Of a stretch of DNA of 64,000 bases, positions 1 through 13,156 are shown in pieces. The DNA comes from Octopus vulgaris (Eukaryota). Both the position numbers and the translations under genes were made by a program. The stretch covers positions 30,504,001 to 30,568,000 of the forward strand of contig OX597817.1 in NCBI GenBank assembly GCA_951406725.2. The letters are read 5' to 3'. Each line of letters opens with the position of its first letter. Positions within the stretch are counted from its first letter, which is position 1. The notes under the pieces are model-generated. The model did not search any database, was not told the DNA's origin, and worked only from the letters and a program-made list of their open reading frames with translations.

Positions 1-691
1 GATGCTCCACAGTTGGAAGCAAACAAAATATATTCGTACTTGCCTCTGATGGCAAAACGAAAAATGTGGCTACAGAGAGGTGTTGTAGACACTTCATGCG
101 TCATCTGCTTTCAAATTCGTGAATCTCGGTGCCTCCACTACACCAGTGCAACCTTGCAGACCTGATATGTGGTAAGTGAGTGCTACCGCGGTCATATTTT
201 CACAGTTACTAACTTTCCTCACCCATGTTTCTTTTCCTTTGTCCAACCTAGGTTTGTCATCTGCTTTCACAGAGTTTCACATTTCACAGCAACAATTCCG
301 TTGCTTTCGGTGTAAAGGAAAAAAAGGGCCCTTTCCAGAGCCACTTTTCATACGATTGTTACACCACCTGAGAACGCATTACAACCCTTTTTAGAGCTTC
401 TTATCAAATTGTTACCGCTGTGAGAACGACAAAAAATGCCCTTTTCAAGGCGACTTCACCTGTAATTGTTACACCATCTGAGAACGCATTAAAGCCCTTT
501 TCAGAACATCGTATCTAACTGTTACCGCTTGGCTTCAGCGGTACTCGGTGACCAGTTTTGTTACAATTTGCAACAATCTTGTTCTAATTTTGTTACAATA
601 AGCGACCAATTTTGTTACAATTTGGCGTTAACATTACTATCAAAAACAGTGTAGTATTTTAATCTCGAGCAACGCCTTGTACTTTTGCTAG
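1..691 (+). mobile_element. Helitron 3' portion: degenerate Rep/Hel (PIF1-type helicase) C-terminus, internal repeats and 3' terminus
   Basis: Bases 3-88 read CSTVGSKQNIFVLASDGKTKNV, then a frameshift, then YREVL*, like the Helitron helicase end (..CSRV...KTKNVVY.EVL). Ends in ctcgagcaacgcc...ttttgCTAG|T (688-692), matching the 3' ends of the Helitrons at 13157 and 16981. Confidence 0.8.
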
Positions 692-780
692 TATCATTAT
701 AAAAAGCCGTTTTCTTTATATGAAAACATGAGCCACATTGTATTCGTCTATAGTTGTTGTGTATGCATTTTAGTTTTGAC

Positions 781-781
<1 letters not shown>

Positions 782-844
<63 letters not shown>
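782..844. repeat. (TA)n microsatellite (continues at 1301-1353 on the other side of the palindromic insert)
   Basis: Direct inspection. Confidence 0.98.
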
Positions 845-849
<5 letters not shown>

Positions 850-1299
850 ATGAATATGGTACTTAACTTAGATGCACCAGAATTTTTTATGGTATTACCC
901 ATAAAATTATCTGGGGTGATTATAACCAAAATATAAGCAACAAGAATGGATCGGTAGTTTAGTACAATTGTTTCATACTATAACAATTTATTAAAGCTGC
1001 AAATATTACAGCAAATATAATGTTAAGTAATCTTCAGCTAATTTCATATAGGTTTTCCAAACATCTTAGAGAGTGTAAATATACTTATAAAGTTATAGAT
1101 GTGAGCTCCAGAAACTTGAAGCAAGAGCTCATATCTATAACTTTATAAGTATTTTTACACTCTCTAAGATGTTTGGAAAACCTATATGAAATTAGCTGAA
1201 GATTACTTAACATTATATTTGCTGTAATATTTGCAGCTTTAATAGATTGATATAGTATGAAACTAAACTACCGATCCATTCTTGTTGCTTATTTTTTGG

Positions 1300-1300
<1 letters not shown>
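845..1300 (-). mobile_element. Palindromic hammerhead-bearing insert in (TA)n, probably a Penelope-like pLTR derivative
   Basis: Inverted arms ~925-1108 and 1125-1300 with a 16-nt loop, a short hairpin at 875-918, (TA)n on both sides and hammerhead cores in the arms. Confidence 0.75.
959..1041 (-). ncRNA. Type I hammerhead ribozyme (palindromic stem III)
   Basis: Minus strand: ttag-CTGAAGA-[ttacttaaca...tgttatagtat]-GAAA-CAATTG-TA-ctaa. Stem I is ttag/ctaa, stem III is the ACAATTGT palindrome, the site is GUA. The 10.1-11.1 pair is non-canonical (U.U). Confidence 0.7.
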
Positions 1301-1357
<57 letters not shown>

Positions 1358-1554
1358 ATTCAGGTGAATAAGGCATTTATATGGTTAGGCACCGGGTCGG
1401 GTGATTACCTGATTGTGCCAGTGTCAAATTGTAATCATTGATGCGCTTTCGTGCATATCTGATACATGCTTCGGCTTACAGGTTAAACCTACCATTTGAC
1501 GTACATAGAGACAATATAGATAGATAAATGTAAATATAGCTATAGATACACGCG

Positions 1555-1602
<48 letters not shown>

Positions 1603-1632
1603 AACGCTCAAACACAAACCCATGTATATATA

Positions 1633-1849
1633 CGAGGTGGTGCTGAAAAGTTCCTTGCTTTGGGTAAAAGAAAATACAGAAGGATCAGTTAATTATGATT
1701 TTATTCAACTTACACCTCTCTCAGATTCAAACACTTACTGTAGCGGTCCTTCAGTATTTCTGAGCCCTATAAAAGAACTCAGAGGTTTGAGCCTACAACC
1801 AGGCTTTTCACTATACCCTTAAAACCAAGAACTCTACAGCACCCCCTCG
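1633..1849. mobile_element. Mariner-type MITE / deletion derivative
   Basis: TA-cgaggtggtgctgaaaagttcc...aagaactctacagcaccccctcg imperfect terminal inverted repeats. Confidence 0.75.
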
Positions 1850-2062
1850 TGTATGGTTCATGCAACCACATATCAGACAGTCGTAATATACATATATAAG
1901 CACACATACACACACACACACGCGCGCGAACGCACGCACACATACTCACACACACGCACACACATATATATAGTTAAAATTTACAGCAAACAAAAGTCAA
2001 AGACAGGTGTAGGAACAACAAGCAGGTATATTAGTTTAACGCTCAGAGAGAATGGAAAAGCT

Positions 2063-2098
2063 TTTTTACGTTTCGACCCTATGCTCTTCGACAGAAAA
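2063..2098 (-). ncRNA. Minimal hammerhead-like motif with variant core (CUGUCGA) within a probable PLE-derived repeat (~1973-2220)
   Basis: Minus strand: tttt-CTGTCGA-a-gagc-atag-ggtc-GAAA-CG-TA-aaaa. Confidence 0.45.
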
Positions 2099-2235
2099 TG
2101 ATTAAAACGAAAAAAAGGAGAGAGAAAGAAAAAAAGCAGTGAGAGGAAATATGTGCAGGGTTACGGGTTCAACATGATGAAATAGCCAGAAGAACCGTCT
2201 TTCTCAGACCACAGGAGACTACCATCATATATGTA

Positions 2236-2471
2236 TTAGTTTGGTACATAATTATTGCGGCTTTTTTTTCAATAAATTTTATTCAACAAAAACAATAACA
2301 ACACTTAACAAAAATATCTTTAAATGTTTATTCCGGAGCATACTCACCATCTTCAATTTCTGCTTGGCGTTTTGTTTAAATTGACATTTTGTTTAAATTG
2401 AAGCTTTGCTTAAATTTTTTGTTGATATAATTTATTGAAAAAAAAGCCGCAATAATTATGCACCAACCTAA
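2236..2471. mobile_element. Mariner MITE with ~40-bp TIRs and TA TSD
   Basis: ta|ttagtttggtacataattattgcggcttttttttcaataaa ... tttattgaaaaaaaagccgcaataattatgcaccaacctaa|ta. Confidence 0.9.
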
Positions 2472-2950
2472 TATATAAACACCTTCAGTTTTCTTTTCCT
2501 TGGTGAATTTCTGTCACATATTTCTCCTTCAAATGGTGATGTGACTTTATCATGTCTGTTTACGCTTATTGAATTTGATTCTGAATTTTTTTTTTTAGTT
2601 AGCTTTTATCTTATACACAAATGTGTCAGGAAAATGTGTATAAAACTTAATTAATAATGCTGCAACAATGGTAGAATATTTAATGCTTGTTTTATTAGCG
2701 AATGTGATTACAATTTATCAAATTAGATTAAAAGTCTTTATAAGTACGGTTATTTATCATTAACTTGGGGCCATGTCTGTAGTAAACAAATTCATGACCC
2801 TTGTGTTAGGTTTTATGCACTTTATCAGTGCAACAGTTGTATGTTACAAATATTGTTTTGTATCAAACCAACTTACAACATAAGATACTCAACCCAAATT
2901 AGTTCAGTTAGGAGAAAAACTTCAATCTTCTTATATAATATATGTATATA

Positions 2951-3356
2951 CAGGGTGGGGAAGCAAAATTTACAAAGAAGGTTAAGTTGTTTTTTCTCAG
3001 CGTGTACTAAGTCAATTGTTTTGAAACCTAACATATATTGATGTCATAATCATACCTAACACTATTATCCTTACCTTTTCAGAAACTTTTGCCCATATGA
3101 GTAATCAGGAAAGCAAACCGTCAAAGAGTGTGATTTGCTGAAGCACTCATCACACCAAAGGAGATTTCAAAAATAGTTGGAGTGTCCATAAAGACTGTTT
3201 ACAATGTAAAGAATAGAATGACTATGAACAACACTATTACAGGGAAGTCTGGAAGTGGAGGAATCAACAAAAAACACACCAAAGCTTTTATTAAAGCTCT
3301 CAAATCCAAAATCCGAAAGGCTCCAACCAAATCCATGAGAAAAATGGCAATTGAAC
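2951..3356 (+). mobile_element. Tc1/maT(DD37D)-like transposon 5' fragment (TIR plus N-terminal HTH)
   Basis: ta|cagggtgggg start; EISKIVGVSIKTVYNVK...KSGSGG...IRKAPTKSMRKMAIE is a paired HTH-like region. Confidence 0.7.
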
Positions 3357-4126
3357 ACAGAGTTCCGCATGCTTTAATTGACAACAACAAGAATCATCGA
3401 GCCACAATCTCCGCTGGTTTGCTTGCTCGTCACCGCTCAACTCATGGACACAAGCAGAGATTTCTTTACCGAATCGTTACTGGCGACGAGAATTGGTGCC
3501 TGTACATCAATATGAAGCAGCGTAAGGAATGGCTTAGCTCGGTAAGCAAGCGACACCACGCGTGAAACATGATCTTCATCCGCGTAAAACGATGTTGTGC
3601 GTATGGTAGGACTGGGAAGGGATTATCCGTGACGAATTGCTTGAACGGAACCAAACAGTCAACGCGGAACTCTATGTTCAACAGATAGAACGACTCAACA
3701 CGGCTATTCAAGAGAAAAGACCTAATCGGCAATATGGAGTTCTTCTGCAGTACGACAATGTTCGCCCTCATATCGCCAATATGATCAAGGAAACCATTCA
3801 AACGCATGGCTGAGAAGTGCTGCTCCACTCACCGTACTCTCCTGGTTTGGCACCAACGGATTTCCACTTCTTTCGATCTCTTTCAAATGCTATACATAGA
3901 GTTTCGTTCAATACTGATGCAGAATTAAGAGCTTGGTTGGATCAATTTTTCGAGTCGAAATCGGGTGATTTCTACAAACGAGATATTGAAAATCTTGTTG
4001 AACGTTGGGAAAAAGTTGTAAACAACAAAGATGAATACATTATTGATTGATTAGTTGTTATTTTTTATTAAACCTTTAAACAAATTTTAATTTAAAAAAA
4101 CGGTGAAAACTTAGTTGCCAACTCAA
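3357..4126 (+). pseudogene. Mariner (DD34D) transposase pseudogene, C-terminal two-thirds plus right TIR
   Basis: VPHAL, RIVTGDENWCLY, LHPRKTMLCVW, YDNVRPH, HSPYSPGLAPTDFHFFRSL and WEKVVNNKDEYIID motifs with stops/frameshifts; TIR ...cttagttgccaactcaa|ta. Confidence 0.92.
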
Positions 4127-5470
4127 TATATATACAAAGGTGTGTTTGAAGATGAGTGTAAGCCTCATCTTGTTCTACCACAATATTCCCTTTATATGCA
4201 CCATGATATGATTGGTATTGTTTAATATTTCACTTCGGTGTTGGTAATTGTTGTACAGAATCGTAAGTATTATGATTGAACCATAGAGTCTTATGGCGAA
4301 GATTATCCAAAAATACAAATTTTGTGATCCAGCACTAATAAATGTTAGAATGCGAGAAAAAAATCTGTTCTCCATCATAATTTACATCATGTTTGTTATT
4401 ATTGTTTTTTCTTGTTGTCGCAGTCATCATAATCATTATTAGATTTATTATACTGCTATGAATTGAACATATCTGCAATACAGTAACTCACCACGTGTCT
4501 CAATAATAGCCAATCTCTTCTGCCATACAGAATGTTCTCAGATTTGTTCTCCCTTTTCTATCTACAATTTCCTTGCATTACTATTTATTATCGTAGGTCC
4601 ATTCTCCAACTGACTCACAACATATTTTTTCCTCTATAATTTATCATCCCTTCATACAATATCCCTTCATATAATATCACCTAACTGGCATCATCTTTCA
4701 ATGCTTGCAATACCCACACACTTTCTGAATGAACAACCGTTTAGTTTCTGTTGTTGTTCTTTTTTGTTTTTCATTTGTTTTGTTTTTTGTTTTTTTTGTT
4801 GGAATCCATCATACTTCCAATATATCAATGTCATCTTGTTATTATAAGTTAGTTTTGATAATATATACAGAATTACACTTTTTGCACTTACCTCGTTCAG
4901 TTTGAAGAGAAAGAGGGAAATATTTCCTAACGGCAGAAGCGATTGTAAAACTATTTGTAAATCTAACTCTGGAGTCGAAGTCGTCTCCAAGTCTCTAACT
5001 CTAACTCTGCCTAGACATAGTTTCCTTAGTCAGCTAGACATTTCACTGCACCACTTAGGTATACATTATTTCCATTAACTACAGAGCACCGCAGAAATTA
5101 TAATCTTTTGTTTTCCTCGCATATTCCGTACTTTCCTTTTGCTATCATACGCTGCTCCTAATTCTTTAACTTTAGATATATCATTCAAGCATTTGCTTTA
5201 AGTCCTCTTTCAGAAGTTAAAAATTGCTATTTCAAGCTCACCAACTTAATTAGTACAGAATTAAGTAATTAAGCAAAATACTTAGAATTCTTCAGAGCTG
5301 GAGGTTTCAATTCCTCGTTCGTTTCTGATTTCTACAGCTGGATTCGGTTTTGTTCTTCTAGAGCTTCATGCTTTCGCCATCTGATTTTCTATTTGCTTAA
5401 AAATGTGATATTATTGTAAAGATATCCGTCACTTATATGTCTTTTCTGCCGTACAGTTTCACAATTATCA

Positions 5471-5567
5471 ACAAGGGCACCCAGAGAGCGCAAGCCTCCG
5501 CAAGGCAACACCAACGTCCTCTCAACAATTAGCTAGATATGATTTATAAAATGAGAATATCTGAAAG
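5471..5567 (+). mobile_element. Probable Helentron/HINE-type element 5' fragment
   Basis: acaagggcacccagagagcgcaagcctccgcaaggc resembles HINE 5' ends; recognition only. Confidence 0.35.
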
Positions 5568-7241
5568 TAAAACGCAGTGAGAAGGTAAAACGCAGTGGGA
5601 ACCCTAGTGCATAACAGCCCCAGAAAAACTGATGACTCGGTACTGTATCCAGGGCATTTTGTGAAATGGGAGATGATACAACTGAGAAAACATCGGGTCG
5701 AGAAGGCTGTTGATCTTATCTAGACAAGAACTCTTCGGTGCCGGTGCCACTGTGCCCTCTTGCAACCAGTAACTCTTAAGTGTTGGTAGATCTACGATCG
5801 ATGGAGATATCTTACGTTCAGGAGGAACCTTCAGACTTGGTTTTCAAAGAAATGACAAATTCTTAAGTGCTGATACCATAAGAAAATATACATCTGGTAC
5901 AGTCTGTAAAATGGTTGGCATTAAGAAAAGCATTAAGCTGTAAAATCTGGTCAAATGAAAATAGGTATGGGGGATGTGGTCCTCTGACCACATCTAGGGG
6001 ATACTAGCTCAAATAAGAACTGGTTCTTAACGTAAACACGATGTAAAATGTTGAGAACAAAATCACACACATACAACCATTCACGCACACACAGTCACAC
6101 GCACACATGTATAAGGAGAAAGTGAGAAAGGTGAACGAATGATAGTTGTTATTCAATCCGCAAAGTACCAGTAATTTGATATGCGGAGGTGGGAGGATAT
6201 AAATGCAAAATATTACGCAATTAACGCGAGTGAGCTATTGAGATAAATAGAATAGAAACAAATGAATAATACACGGAATCAGTCAAGGTAAAACTTGTAA
6301 CTGAAAAAAGAGGAAGAAATACAAAGCGTAAAAAACAACAATCAAAGAATTGTACAATGAAGGACGGAAAGAAGAGAATCTAACGTTTCGGGTGATACCC
6401 CTTAAGAAAGAGGAAGCATTACGAAAAACAAGAGAAAGAGGAAAATGTATTATAACTATTTTAAGATACCTGTTTATATGGCAGATCTAAGGTAGACTAG
6501 GCTGTTACTCTGCTTTAAAAATATTATATTATATTGCACGCTCTCTCTCTCTCTCTCTCTCTTGTTTCTTTTCTTTTTCTCTATCTTTAGTTCTCTCTTT
6601 CTCAGTGAATTTAGTAGAAAACAGATACCACTCATACATTTTGGTAAGATGGTTAGTTTTAATAAAACGAAACAGATCGCTTTTGGTAGGCTTCCCTGCA
6701 AACCTAATACGCACTCTGCATGTGCATATGAATGTGTGTTTATAAAACAGTCATTATATATAAAAATATCGACAGGAATGTTGCGTATTTAGAATCTACA
6801 TACTGGAAAACTCACACATACATACATTCACACATACACATACATTCACACACATGCAAACATACATTTTTCTTAAATTCACTCGTGCATATTCATAATT
6901 TGATTTCCCACTAGTACAGTGTTGGTTGGTTTGAGTAGGAGCACTCAACGTACGGCTGTTAAGTTACAGCTGGATACTCCAAAATAATTCCAACCACCCA
7001 TAGGGTGATAATCTGTGCTTCGCTTTCTTTTCCTCGGTTAGGCATTGAAAATGCAAAGACTTCTACAAGAACAACGCACAATATAAATTTTCCCTGTTCA
7101 TACATTTTTGTAAAACAAAAATTCCACATTAGTACTTATGTGATAATCTTCTTTTCGTTGTTGGATTTAAAGAAAAATTTTTTACAAAAAAATCATTATA
7201 TTTAAATTTACATATATATTTGTTGCAAATAAATAAATAAC

Positions 7242-7646
7242 GGCGTAGGAGTGGCTGTGTGGTAAGTAGCTTGCTTACGAACCACATGGTTCCGGGTTCG
7301 GTCCCACTGCGTGGCACTTTCGGCAAGTGTCTTCTACTATAACCTCGGGCCGACCAAAGCCTTGTGAGTGGATTTGGTAGACGGAAACTGAAAGAAGCCC
7401 GTGGTATATATATATATGTATATATGTGTGTGTATATGTTTGTGTGTCTGTGTTTGTCCCTCCCTCAACATCGCTTGACAACCGATGCTGGTGTGTTTAC
7501 ATCCCCGTAACTTTGCGGTTCGGCAAAAGAGACCGATAGAATAAGTACTAGGCTTACTAAGAATAAGTCCTGGGGGTGATTTGCTCGACTAAAAGGCAGT
7601 GCTCCAGCATGGCCGCAGTCAAATGACTGAAACAAGTAAAAGAGTA
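7242..7646 (+). mobile_element. tRNA-derived SINE, family A (full length)
   Basis: A-box tggctgtgtggt, B-box ggttcggtccc, internal TA/TG microsatellite, aagtaaaagagta tail; many copies in the window. Confidence 0.9.
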
Positions 7647-8045
7647 GAATCATTTGACCGGGTATTCTGTCTCATTCTCATTTCTTTCATTTGATTCAAT
7701 TCGAAATTCTTTCATTCAAAAACAAAATGTTTCGCATTATCGATTATCTTGGAGTTTACTGTTCGAAGCTTGTCGACATGAAAAATAAGCAGTCCAATAT
7801 ATTACGCAGATGAACAGAAATACAGAAATAAGCATAACTTTTTCAATTTTCGCCAAAAGTGATTTTGAAAAAAGTATATCGCGAAATTATAATCTACATT
7901 GACTCAAATTTGCAATTAAGAACATTGGAAAACTCAAACATGAAAAGCGAGGAATAAGTATAAAATATTGAAGTCTTGAACATTTTTTCCCAGCACAGTA
8001 ACCTTAATAAGTTAGTTAATTATTAAATTTATTTATGAAATTGAT

Positions 8046-8134
8046 ATAGTAGAAAACACTTGCCCAAGGTGCCACGCAGTGGGACTGGACCAGGAACCAT
8101 GTGGTTGGTAAGCAAGCTACTTACCACACAGCCA
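8046..8134 (-). mobile_element. SINE family A head fragment
   Basis: Reverse complement of 7250-7340. Confidence 0.85.
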
Positions 8135-9129
8135 CATAACCTAGTGGTGCAATCGTTGTTGGTTTTTTTCTGATTTAATTTCTAATTTAATCACTGAAAC
8201 GGTTAATATTTTGAAATATAAAAAAGGCCAATAAGTTGGATTATTATTAAATTTATTAAGCTTTTAACATTATTTTTAACTGAAATTGATAACTTTCAGT
8301 CTATTTTGACAAGTTCTTGAGAAACAGCGCGATGTCGTTGTCGGAGAAAATATATCTGCACATCGAATTTTATAATAAAATATTGTAAATATGTGTGTAT
8401 GTGTACATGTGTGTGTGCGCGAGTTGCATAATTCGCATATCAACTCTTAGAGAGTCTCATAACATATGCGCATTTCTCTGTCTCAAACCTTGATAAAAGT
8501 AAATCACAGCTCTAAAAGCATTGTTTTCACAATTACATTTAGGGTGAAAAGGATATAGTTTAGAATGTTACAGTTACGAAACAGGTTATCTCAGTAGTTG
8601 CCTCCCTTGTCATTATTTTTAGATTGTGAGATACTGTTTTCTTACTGGAGTTCAGGATCCTTTAATTAAATGCTGGGCTCATAGTTCTCAATGTACAATA
8701 TAGTTTAATGCGGTTGTTGGTAGTGATAATTATATTAGGGACACTAGAAAATATAAAATTAAAGCTTGTGAAAATCGATGCAGTTGAGAAAATGTTATGG
8801 AGTTAAATTTATATTTGTGCAGTGTAGTATATTGTTCATGACATAACATTAATAAGGACTCTGTATGTTCGATAGTACTCCAAATGATCCATACGTGGAA
8901 AACAAATGAGATATATCTAACTACAGTTAGATTCCGATATTTTGAATACTGTACAAACAGGAAATAAATGTGGAGATAATTTTACGTGTATTCAACACAT
9001 TTTTACAAGTGTTCCATCACAAAATCTGTCATATTAAGACATACCTTATAAACAGACTACATCCTCAAATCATCAGAGATAAGATAACAAACGTAAAAGC
9101 TTTAAGTTATGAAATACCCTTCAGACAGC

Positions 9130-9545
9130 GTCATGGTATCACCAAACTCGTACTAACATCAAAAGGAACATTAGTGCACTTCTCCCTTGATGCATCCTTG
9201 TTCAAAAGAAGGCATTTTCTGGAATGTTCAATAATTTCCATATCACTGTAGTTTGTGGTGCAATATTATCTGTAACGTAACTGTGCCTTAGAGAGGGATA
9301 TTTTGGAAATACATCGTTAAAAAATGGACGACGCAGGACTGCGGGAATTTACATCTACTTTTGCATCTGACATTATGGATCCAGCTATCTCGCTTGCTAT
9401 CACTATTCTACTGTCTTAATGTGATGGCATTCCATATTTTATTGTCAATGCCATTTCGGAAATATTTGCTTTCTCTCCCAAGTTGACATGTAGCACGCTT
9501 AATAAATCTGCGATTGGTGTTAAAAGTAAAGTTCTAATTGCGACA
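9130..9545 (-). pseudogene. Degenerate Penelope-like reverse transcriptase fragment
   Basis: Minus-strand pieces NFTFNTNRRFIKRATCQLGRESKYF, SWIHNVRCKSRCKF and SDMEIIEHSRKCLLLNKDASREKCTNVPFDV follow the order of PLE RT motifs (CRLINPAKSxLGxISK, CKFxxFDI, IIxHxRKSLLF...FDV); frameshifted. Confidence 0.6.
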
Positions 9546-11715
9546 CACGATCAAGTTAGTTGCCAAACAATAACAACTCCAATGTGTGTGTATGTATATG
9601 TGTGTATATGTGTATTAGTGTGTGTGTATGTATATGTGTGTGCATGTGTATGTGTGTATTAGTGTGTATAAATATACACACATACATATGTACATATACA
9701 TGCCTACGTATATATGTATATACATGTAGACATATATATGCATACATACATATATATAATTTATATATATGCATATATATACATATGTATATATAAATGT
9801 GTGTGTGTAATATTGTCAGAGATCGATAATAAGACAGTTGGCTTCATGGCTAATTTGATGTGACCAAAATTGCATATCGATATAGATCCTTAACATGGGA
9901 ATATTTTATTTATAATGCTGTTGATCTCAGAAAGAAATGAAAATCACAATTTCCTTTTGGACTCCTCTTCAAGGTACTAAAAGCGCACGCATAAGCATAA
10001 ACAGGAACGTATATACATATATGCATACATGCGTATATATGTGTGTGTGTGTGTATGCATGTGTTTGTATATGTGTATAAATCACTCTTTCACACACACG
10101 TAGATGTAAATCTGCGTACGCGTGTGCGCGCGAGTATGTGCGCGTGTATAATGTTACACTAATAAACATACATATATACATCTGTATATGTTAGTAGTGA
10201 TATGTTAAATCTGTTTCTGCAATGATTGCTCTTTTTCCAATGCTTACATGAGAAATGACCTTCGTAACTCTAGAAATTCATTGCCAGCTTGACGTATCAA
10301 TGTAGATTGATGGCGATTCTGTCTCATCTGCATTCCCAGTATTTTCTCGTGGAAGTTTCATTTCTGTAATGGGTTTCTTCTTGTCTGATTCTAATTCTAA
10401 CTCACCATAAGCTTGTTTTATGGTAGCTGACATCTTAATGTTCCTCTAGATTGCTACTATGCAATTCTCTTCTCTCCCTCCTTCCCTCACCTATCGGTAT
10501 CATACCAATAGGATAAGATTTAATCTCTCTAGCAGAAAATTGACCACACTTTATCACTGGAAATTTTCTTACGAAATTTCATATTACTTCTAGAAGTATC
10601 AAATAAATTGAAATGAGAAAAGCTCTTAACTATTTGCTTCTACTCATTCCCTAATGTATTTTTTTATCACCTTCAGCTGCGGTTAGATTACCAAACGCTT
10701 TGCACATTCAATGAATAGAAGAAATATTCATTTATTGCATCCACCAGTCTTTCAAAAAGGAATTAAAATAATTCTTATCCTATTAAATAAAACTGTATTG
10801 ACATGAAATTATAGAAACCTTTTCCTTTAGTTTTATTTCGGGCTTTTATTACAAATACATATTTGAGTTAACGTCAAAGTTTTCCTGTATATATCTTTCA
10901 TTAAAAAATTCCGCGAACATTTTAGGCATTTTTATATCACAATATTATTGTAATTATTCAGAGGATGAGGGAGAATTTACTGGCTTTACTTATCCTTTAT
11001 ACACTATAGGAAGACAAGGTTATCAATGGCGCCTCTCAATCACATGAATGTTTTAAGATATTATGACTAAAAAATTATGAAACTGAGAAGGCATGCAGAA
11101 AAAAGATTGTTAAAAACAGAAAACATGACTGAATATTTAGTGTTTTAGAGACGTAAACCAGGTAATATCTGCTTAATCTATGCTAAAACCAAGTTAAATG
11201 TATTTTATTCGTGATGTTCAACGTATCTAATATATATAAAGGATAGAAAAATGACGTCTTACAAAAGCTTAGAGGGAGATAAACAAATTCAGGATGACGG
11301 GGGAAAAATCTCCATAAATTTAGATTTCCTTGCTCTTAAGAGACTAGCAATAGGGTATGTTTGCCAGCTAAGATTATAGGTTAACATGTTTCGTACATTC
11401 TTGATCCTTGTAACATGCTGAGTTAAATATCATGAACATCTCTGTGGGCTGCCAAGTCGATACTGCCATTTGATATGTTGCAATTTCATCATGTACAATT
11501 TTGGATAAATCTTTGATAATGAGTGTCAGACATTCAAAACTTTAGATTCAGAAACATTTAAGCGCTATATGCATGGCGTACAAGCATGTGCAAAGAAAAT
11601 ATTTGAGTTTTAGAATGATTTAAAATTAAAATTTAGGAAGATGTGAAGTAATTTTCTTGACTTCATATTCATACATAGATATGCACACATGCATAAATTC
11701 ATAAATAAAAAATAA

Positions 11716-11964
11716 ATGCGCCTTTTTAAAGCCTAGTCAGACTCATGGACCCGGTTTCCCCGGTTTCAATAGCGTATGTGTTCCCCAGCTGGACGGGACG
11801 CCAGTCCATCGCAGCGTTACTCATTTTTGCCAACTGAGTGGACTGGAGTAATGTGAAATGAAGTGTTTGGCTTAAGAACACAACGCGTCGCCCGGTCCAA
11901 GAATCGAAACCACAATCTTACGATCGTGATACTGACACCCTAACCACTAAGCCACGCGCCTCCA
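11716..11964 (-). mobile_element. tRNA-derived SINE, family B
   Basis: Minus-strand head tggaggcgcgtggcttagtggttagg...gtttcgattc; homologous to 37114-37360. Confidence 0.9.
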
Positions 11965-13156
11965 CATATATTCATAAGTATATGAATACATATACTTATA
12001 TATACATATATACATACATGCACAGCAATATTTATGTAGATCTGTATGTATGCGTATTTGGTGCTGGGGATTATTCATAATACACAATAAACACCATCTC
12101 CAGCATTAATGCCAGATTAGTTTTTCTTTAAACTTGGTTATTCAGTTGATTATATGCACTGAAGAAGCATTTTATTCAAGTTCGCAGTGATATTTTTTCA
12201 AACTTGAACTCACTGCACTGGGGTTCACTACAAGTAGAATGGCTATACACAATGATATCCGAACTTCATACCGGATCGAAGGAAGATATCAAGAACGATA
12301 AACAAGGTCTTTTTAATTGTATTTATAGAAGAAACCGAAGCTACAAAAGTGGTTTTCTTGCTGTTATGAACTCAATAATGACATATCTAATTGTTACAAA
12401 AAGGAAAAAGATGACTCCTTTGGTGGCTATGTGGAAACGAAATGAAGAAATTTAGAACAAACTATATCTAGAACTGAATTATTTTACAGCAAAATAATTA
12501 CTCCAATAAACGTCAGTTGCACGACGCAAAAGAGTAGTCGTTTATTGTGCTTTTCCCCCCAAAATGGTAATTTTATTCTCATGACGGTATTTACCTCGTG
12601 TATACAGGTGATGTAAACGTATATGTTAAAAGTATGATTGCTATGAAGAGAAGAATCCTTTTTACAATATTCTCGAATAATCTAGGGGAAGATTTGAGCC
12701 TGTATAGGAGTTTGTACATAATTGTAATACGAAGGAGGGCAACAAACCGTTCTAGCAACATTTCTATAACTAGATTCATTGTCATACTCTCAACAGATGA
12801 AGGGGTTCTCTCTGCTCTATATTATTTCCATTGTTTTTGTTTTTTTTTCCAAAGCAAATGTAACTGAGAGTGTGGCGAAAGAAAGAGGACGAAAATTGTG
12901 AAAGAAAAGAGAATTAGTATGAGTGTGACGAGGAAAACAAAGAGAGAGTAGAGTGAGATTAATAGAAAAGAAACAGTTATAGTTACGTGTTAATAAGAAA
13001 AATGAACAGTAGAAGGAAAGCATGATGGGATAACAATGAAGGTAGGTCATGGTAAGCAAGTGATGAAGAGTAATAGAGTTGCACATTGGGGGAAGGAAGA
13101 TTTGAATATGAACAGATAAAATACCATCCTTCGTTAAAAAGAAGGATTATATGAAA

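Noticed and set aside
5629-5670. CTGATGA...GAAA spacing
   Set aside because: No supporting stems I-III
6380-6410. Minus-strand aagggg-tatca-ccc-GAAACGTT hammerhead half
   Set aside because: The CUGANGA box is missing; at most a decayed remnant
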